Positions 56,510-64,000 of a stretch of 64,000 bases of DNA are shown here, piece by piece. Within the stretch, counting starts at the first letter, position 1. Each line of letters starts with the position of its first letter. Origin of the DNA: Eledone cirrhosa (lineage: Eukaryota); contig OZ024740.1 of the NCBI GenBank assembly GCA_964016885.1, positions 123,566,001 through 123,630,000 of the forward strand, given 5' to 3'. Below the pieces are notes generated by a model. It was not told where the DNA came from. It saw only the letters and a program-made list of their open reading frames with translations, and made no database searches. The position numbers and the translations under genes are program-made.

Positions 56510-59470
56510 TAATATTCATTAAAATAACAGATTTAAGTTTAAGCAAATAATCGCTGCTTTCACCCTTAACGGGATCATATGGAACTAAAAAAATCAATCT
56601 GTGAACGCAGAAGTAAATATATCGAAAAACGGTGCAACCCAAGGAAAACAGGGAGACGATACTCTGGCAATGCACGGAGCTCTAGGGTTCTTATATATTT
56701 GATATATATTTATCCTTATCGAGCCCTCTTTGGATTTTAGTCTTCAAATTTATTATTATTACTATTTGGCTTCCTCGGTTGAGCACTATATTGACTTATA
56801 TTCATCATGCAGAAACAACATCTGAGTATTTCGACAAAGAACATACCCGTGCCAATCAGGAAGACATACCTAAAACCCCTGATACAGAAAACAGACTGGT
56901 TCATTAAAAGGTTGCGTTTACGTGCATTTTATTTCGATATTCAGGAAAAAGCGGACAATAAACAGGATAAATTTGGGTTTAAAACTTACAATAACCCTCC
57001 GTGTAACCCAGCATTGCTACTCTTCTAAAATTATGTCTTGGAACTCATACGGAATATCATGTTCCGGAATACGAGCAATTCCTTCCAGCAGGACCTGAAG
57101 ATTAGAATTCATACTATTACGGATTATAATGCCGTGTACGTACACTCCGACAAACGTGGCAATCTGTATCAAGTGGAGCATAGTACTTACCATCAACTGC
57201 TACATAATGCCGTAACTAAGGATTACCGTAAAACTTATCGGAGTGTCATTAATGACAACAACGATGCTGGGTTTAAAATCACCTCTGATCTGAACATCCT
57301 GGCCCGGACTGAACCTCTGGACCCTATTTCTCCCCACCTTACCCTGAAGGATCACAAATCCAATTTCCCCAACAACCCATCTATTCGGCTTATTAACCCT
57401 ATGAAGTCCGATTTAGGTAGACTTAGTAAAAGGATTTTAGATAGGATTATACCTGAAAATAGAAACTTGGCCCCTTTTTCACTGTGGAACAATTCTTTCG
57501 CGGTATTTGATTGGTTCAACGGCATATGCAACAAGGAATATTGCCGTTTTATCCAATTCGACATCAATAATTACTACTCCTCAATCACTTTACCAATTCT
57601 TCTTAGAGCTATCAATTTCGCTAGAACGCTCACGCTGGATAAGGATTTCGAAGTTGATGTCACCTTCAATGCCCGTAAGTGGGTCATTAATTTCGACGAC
57701 TCTATTTGGATAAAAAATCTAATAGTAAGCATTCGAACCATCCTGCCAGCATAACCAATAACCTGGTAAGATACGTTTCTGTGAGGCTTTCCCGTCTATC
57801 TACAAACGAGCATATTTTCAACGATCATTCCACATATTACAATGAAGCTCTTGCTCGGAGTGGATTTGTCGATTACTATACCGAGTATGAGCATAGACTT
57901 AGGAAAAATAGATCCCGACGGATTATATGGAGATGGCCACGCCATTAGCTAAGATCTTTCTCCCCCTTATTAAGAAGCATTTCCTCCCAGCACATAAATA
58001 TAATAAATTTTTTAATAGAAATACCATTAACATTTCTTACTCTACAACTCCTACCCTTGCACATAACATCACTGCTTCAAATTTAGCTAATTTACCTAGC
58101 CGTAGGAACACGTGCGACCCTGTAGCTAGTACTAACTGTAATTGTAGGAATCGGGTTGACTGCCCCCTATCCGGGAAATGCCTCTCTAGTAACATTGTCT
58201 ACAAATGTAAGGTTGAAACAAACGTCCCAGAGGGCCTACATAGGGTTAACCGCCAATAGATTCAAGCAGTGTGTTTACATGCACACCCATTCTTTTCGTA
58301 ACCCACTAAGAAGGAATATGCCGTCACTTTCAGCTTATATCTGGAGTCTAAAAGACAACCACGCCAAATATATGTTACACTGGGAGATCCTAGCTAAAGC
58401 TAGATCGTATAACGGGAATGAAAGACCTTGCGACCTCTGCGCCGCTGAAGCCCTGAAAATACTCTGCGCCAATGACCACATCTTAACCAAAAATCTGAGG
58501 CAATTTCGGCTTGTAAACATAAATTGTATAAAACTTTCCTGTATTACAGCCACTCATTATAACCTAGCGGATAGTACGAACATTATGCGGATAATTGACG
58601 TCCTGATGTGGTAGCTAAGTATATTTTATGTTTATACCATTACTTATTGGTATAGGTAAGTATATATTACCTGTATGTTTTGTGAAGGGACGTATACTTT
58701 CTCGTACGTATATTTGCTTGTATTTGTTATAGGTGTATATATTACATTATATATACTGGTACATGTGTATATGTTTATGTGTATACGTGTATTTTGTGTT
58801 TGCGTGTGTATGCGGGTTTGCACGTATATAGGGTGTGTAGATGTGTATTTTGTGTTTTGGTTGACGTAGTTTAGCGAACATATGTGTATTTACCTGTAGG
58901 TATGTGTATGCGGGTTTGTATGTGTGCGCGGGTTTTTGTATGTGTGCGCGTGATTTTGTTTACGTGCTTGTATATACATACACATGGTGTGTGTTTTCGC
59001 GTATGCATGTGTATGTACGTATATGGATGCGTGCATGTATTTGTTTAATTATTGTTGATTTCATTAACTTCAGTAATTTATTTACATTATTCTTAACTTT
59101 GAAGCCGAGATGCATTAGATTTCCTAAATAGAATTTTAGTCTAAGACTTCATTTATAGCAGAAACGTGGTTTTGTCTTAGCGTGTAATTGTGCTCCGCTC
59201 CACATAATGAAGTATTATCTTCGCTTTTGTTCCGCTCATTGCCAGGGAACGTCTCCACGAAACACCTTAATAAATATTTACTTCTGTGTTCACAGATTGA
59301 TTTTTTTTTATTTCAGAAGATCCCATTAAGGGTCAAAGCAGCGAAACTTTGCTTAAAATTTAATCTGTTATTTTGATAAATATTTGCTCTAGAGTTCTTA
59401 TATATTTGATATATATTTATACTTATCTAGCCCTCTCTGGATTTTAGTCTTCAAATTTATTATTATTACT

Positions 59471-59472
<2 letters not shown>
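56510..59472 (+). mobile_element. Second, more degraded copy of the Naiad-like PLE family, with the RT core deleted
   Basis: ORF remnants 56807-58567 are homologous to 51764-53810; about 330 bp missing near 57725; inverted pLTR at 56510-56668. Confidence 0.9.
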
Positions 59473-59518
<46 letters not shown>

Positions 59519-59523
<5 letters not shown>

Positions 59524-59718
59524 CACCATACCGAGAACAATTGTTCACCTTAGCGGATCCTCAGTTCGTAATATCCATTACGACCTGAGGGTCCGGTAAG
59601 GTGAAACAATTGTTGTCGGTATGGTGAACTAACTGTTGTGTAACGAATTCTACCTAACTTGTCCCATGGACTGAGTGCTCTACCACTACGGATATTACCT
59701 TCCAGTGTTCTACCACTA
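59519..59718. repeat. About 112-bp double-hammerhead palindrome (59519-59631) plus tail
   Basis: Plus: CGAC CTGAGGG tccggtaaggt GAAAC AATT GTT GTCG; the minus arm has CTGAGGA. Confidence 0.75.
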
Positions 59719-59850
59719 TAGTATATATATATATAGTATATATATATATATGGTATATATATATAGTATATATATATAGTATATATATATAGTATATATA
59801 TATAGTATATATATATAGTATATATAGTATATATATATAATATATATATA

Positions 59851-59888
<38 letters not shown>

Positions 59889-60064
59889 TAGTATATATAT
59901 ATATATTAAATATATATATATATATATATATAGTATCTATATATATATATATATATATAGTATCTATATATATATATATAGTATCTATATATATATAATA
60001 TATATAGTATCTATATATATATAATATATATAGTATATATATATATTAAATATATATATATATA

Positions 60065-60104
<40 letters not shown>

Positions 60105-60136
60105 TATATATATATATTAAATATATATATATATAG

Positions 60137-60169
<33 letters not shown>

Positions 60170-60528
60170 TAGTATATATATATATATATAATATATATAT
60201 AGCATATATATATAATATATATAGTATATATATATATTATGTATATAAATATAGTATATGTATATATATATATTATATGTATATAAATATAGTATATATA
60301 TATATTATATGTATATAAATATAGTATATGTATATATATATTATAAGTATATAAATATAGTATATATATATAGTACATGTATATATATATATAGTATATG
60401 TATATGTATATATAGTATATGTATATGTATATAGTATATGTATATATATATAGTATATGTATATGTATATATATAGTATATATGTATATATCTAGTATAT
60501 ATGTATATATATAGTATATATGTATATA
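59719..60528. repeat. (TA)n array with TAGTA variants
   Basis: Directly visible. Confidence 0.95.
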
Positions 60529-61262
60529 TTCATTAGTTAAGCAAAACAAGACCACACATTTCAAAAGGAAGACATTATTAAAAGATTGTCAACATATTTT
60601 ATTTTGATGTAAGGAATGTAGAGAATAATAATAATACTATTAATAATAATAATAATGTCCGTTTACAATTGTTTCGCTACTCCATATAATATTTCTGGAT
60701 CAAATGACTATATATCATTATTGATCTGGTTCCGTTGAAAATAATTAACATAGTTAAAGATAGAGCGGCTCATCGGAACTTCAAAGGAATATAAATTAAA
60801 ATACGGAAAGAATGTTACATAAATTAAACTATGTTAATTATTTAATACAAATTTAACTATGTTAATTATTTTCAACTGAACCAGATCAATAATGATATAT
60901 AGTCATTTGATCCAGAAATATTATATCGAGTAGCGAAACAATTGTAAACGGACATTATTATTATTATTAAAATTATTATTATTATTATTCTCTACATTCC
61001 TTACATCAAACTAAAATATGTTGACACTCTTTTAATAATGTCTTCCTTGTGAAATATGTGGTCTTGTTTTTCTTAACTAATGAATATTTCCAGTTCTGTG
61101 CGCCTAACATCTGCATGAACCCAGCCACCTAACTGCTTTCCACTGCATATTGCACATTAAGCACATGCCTTTACGCTTTGGCTTCTAACTAATTCACCAA
61201 TCTCTCCTCTCCTATCTCTTTTATCTCCATCACTCTCTCTAAGATTGGTTACTCTTGAACTG
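60526..61262. repeat. About 560-bp palindrome (60526-60757 and 60853-61087) with an HHR remnant, plus a tail of about 175 nt
   Basis: Minus strand: GTT CCGATGA GCCGCTCTAT...ATGGAGTAGC GAAAC AATT GTA AAC. Confidence 0.75.
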
Positions 61263-61656
61263 TGTATATATGTATATATATAGTATATGTATATATATAT
61301 ATATATATATATTGTATATGTATATATATAGTATATATATATATATATATTATATGTATATAGATATAGGATATGTATATTAATAGAGTATATGTATATA
61401 TATAGTATATATATAAATGAAAATAGAGAAATTAATGTGAGCAAGAAGCCAACAGTAATTCATAATATATTACGTCAAGATAGCAAATATTTAACGTAAG
61501 ATATGGGAAAATAATTCAATTTCAATTCAAAGAAAGTCAAGACAGAATTTTTATCCACAGATTTTGTGTAATCCAGGTAAAAAAACAAATAGAGTCTTAA
61601 CTCAGAATAAAATTAAGGGTAAATACTTATCCTTCAATTTGGAAAAATCTACAATT

Positions 61657-61737
61657 GCTCTATATACTCTTAAAAAGACTATTTCACGAAACATTTCAGT
61701 GGGGTTAGTCACCGTTGGAGTCGTTCATCAGTAGAGC
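61657..61737 (-). ncRNA. Type-I hammerhead ribozyme in a short non-coding PLE end (about 61415-61780)
   Basis: Reverse complement: GCTCTA CTGATGA ACGA...TCGT GAA ATAgTCTT ttt AAGAgTAT A TAGAGC. Confidence 0.8.
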
Positions 61738-61964
61738 TCAACACGATAAGTAAGATCCACAGATAAAATATGCCAAAAGTATATATATATACTATATACC
61801 AATATATATTATATATATATATACAGTATATAAATATATAGTATATATAGTATATGTATATATATATAATATATATATATATAGTATATGTATATATATA
61901 TAGTATATGTATATATATATAGTATATGTATATATATATAGTATATGTATATATATAGTATATA

Positions 61965-61995
<31 letters not shown>

Positions 61996-61999
<4 letters not shown>

Positions 62000-64000
62000 T
62001 AAGAGGAATTCCAACTTTGTCTGATTTACTCGTTTTATTTACAATCCTTTAACATTTATAATGGTATTATAATGAAATAGTATGATAGAATATTAAATGT
62101 GAAGTGTTAATTGAACAAGTACTTTCATGCTTTCGCATTCTTCAGGTTCATAATGTGTGGTGACAGTCAAGTTTGCAATTTTCAACTGTAATGAGATGGG
62201 TAAATTCTGTACCTTATATACAGTGAAAAGTGGCTCCAGAATGCTAAATCTTGCAAACTGTATTTCGACCAATCAGTGTGTAGTTTCACTGAATTACTAA
62301 AGCTGATTGGCTTAGGCGTCACGGTTGGTTGAGCATGTCTAACGACCACTAATTGATCCTATCCAAAGAATCAATTGTTTTTCTATTTTTAGAAATGATG
62401 AAAATAGCATTTACTAATAATCATCACCATCAATATCACATTTATTATTATTATTATTTTTGTTGTTGTTGTTAGTGGTCGTAGTCATAGTGATAGTAGA
62501 AGTAATACCCCTAAGCATTATTATTGTTCATTTATCTTGGGTTTGAATTTATCAATAAAATTATTTTCTTTGATTTTTCTCTTGATTTCACTTGGGCTGT
62601 GTAATTTGTAGAATGGGAATATTATAAATATTCCCTGACCACATGTTGCTAGATGGTTACTTAGAGGTATCTGACGGACATTTGGGTCTCTGATTTGCTG
62701 ACGGTGTACCCGTGCACCTTCCGATAGTGCATTTCCAGTTTGACCGACATATAATTCTTCACAATTCGGGCATTTAATGCACTAAATTAGATTTCTGCTT
62801 TTGCAGTTGATATTTGCATTTGGGAATATTTTTCAAGTTTTTGTTTTCATATATTGACCGGCGTGTATGGATTGACATGTGCCGCATCGACTATCATTGC
62901 ATTTAGATACAGTGAATGATTGGTCTTTGTTGTTAAAGTCAAACTTTGCCTTTGTTAGTAATTGCTTCAAATTTTTCGGCTGTCTTTTACTAAGAGTCAA
63001 AGATCGATCTGTGATTAAGCCTTTTAATTCATTACTTTGAGCAATGATCGGTAGGTTTGCTTTGGCAGTGTTGAAGATATTCTGGTGACATGGGTTGTGT
63101 GTCATTATAAATGGTATGACCAGTTCTTGCTTTCTTCTTCCTTGGGTTGTCCTAAGTTGTTGTATAGGTATTTTTATAGCCCGCTGTATGCCATTTTCTA
63201 TAAGTAGAGAGGTGTATTTTTGTTTGAGCAAAAATTCTCTTAGTTCTGTTAGGCGTTTGTACCTGGTATTCGTATCTTCTACAATGGTACAAATTCTTCT
63301 GGCTAGGCAGTATGGGATGTTGCGTTTTGTATGAGGTGGATGGCACGACTTAAAATTCAGATATTGATGGGTGTCTGTGTGTTTATAATATATATCCGTG
63401 GTAATGGTGGTGTCGTTTTTTATTATCATTATATCTAGGAATGGTAATTTGGTCCTACTCATCTCTTTTGTGAATTGGAGAGATGGGTGTATGTTATTCA
63501 GGAGGATATTGAACTCATCCAGAGTATCTAGAAATTCTGTCCAGATGATGAAACAGTCGTCAAGGTATCTCTTCCAAGATTTTTCAATGTACTTTCTAAA
63601 GTCAGTACTATATTTTTCCTCAATTTCTTGGTAGAATTGTTGTTCTAAGTATCCCATTACATAGTTCGCGTAAACGGGAGCAAACTTCGTTCCTATCGCT
63701 GTGCCTCTAATTTGGATGTAATTCCTTCCATTGAAGAAGAAAGTGTTGTTTTCCAGAATAAGTTTAACTGCGTCTAATATAAATGGCGCTGTGAATCTGA
63801 TGGGAATCACTTCTCTATGTTTTTCCACCCAGTATTTAACCGCCTTTATTCCTAAACCATGTGTAATGTTGGTGTAAATGCTTACCACTTCAAAACTAAG
63901 TAGAAGTGAATTCGTTTCCGTGGTTTTTGGGAGATGGGACAGGAAGTCGATATCATCCCGGATGAAACTGGGTATGTGAATACATAGTGGTTTCAAAATA
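61996..64000 (-). mobile_element. Neptune-like PLE running off the window end; RT + GIY-YIG frameshifted near 62833, ending about 62523
   Basis: GTAIGTKFAP, RYLDD, FLDI, SCHP, CNDSRCGTC, CPNCEELYVGQT, LSNHLATC; pLTR with CCAAT, TATA and HHR. Confidence 0.92.
62112..62150 (-). ncRNA. Minimal hammerhead ribozyme (pLTR of the last PLE)
   Basis: Reverse complement: TGAAC CTGAAGA ATGC gaaa GCAT GAAA GTAC T T GTTCA. Confidence 0.88.

Overview
This is AT-rich eukaryotic DNA, probably from an octopus or other cephalopod (inferred from the tRNA/CORE-type SINEs, RTE families and (TA)n density). It consists almost entirely of retroelements and long (TA)n arrays, and I found no convincing host gene. It holds at least 8 Penelope-like elements (PLEs; RT + GIY-YIG; Naiad-, Neptune- and Nematis-like), several RTE LINEs, a CRE-type RLE fragment, a rearranged Gypsy remnant and SINEs. 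Reading by eye, I count about 20 type-I hammerhead ribozyme (HHR) motifs on both strands, some with non-canonical cores. The main pattern is that 11 insertions, from about 110 bp to 4.3 kb, are palindromes. Two copies of a retroelement 3' end point outward into AT-rich or (TA)n DNA; in 10 of them one arm ends flush and the other carries an extra tail of about 40-175 nt. The smallest are little more than two back-to-back hammerheads. Coordinates were read by eye and may be off by a few bases. Clade names come from motif recall, not from searches.
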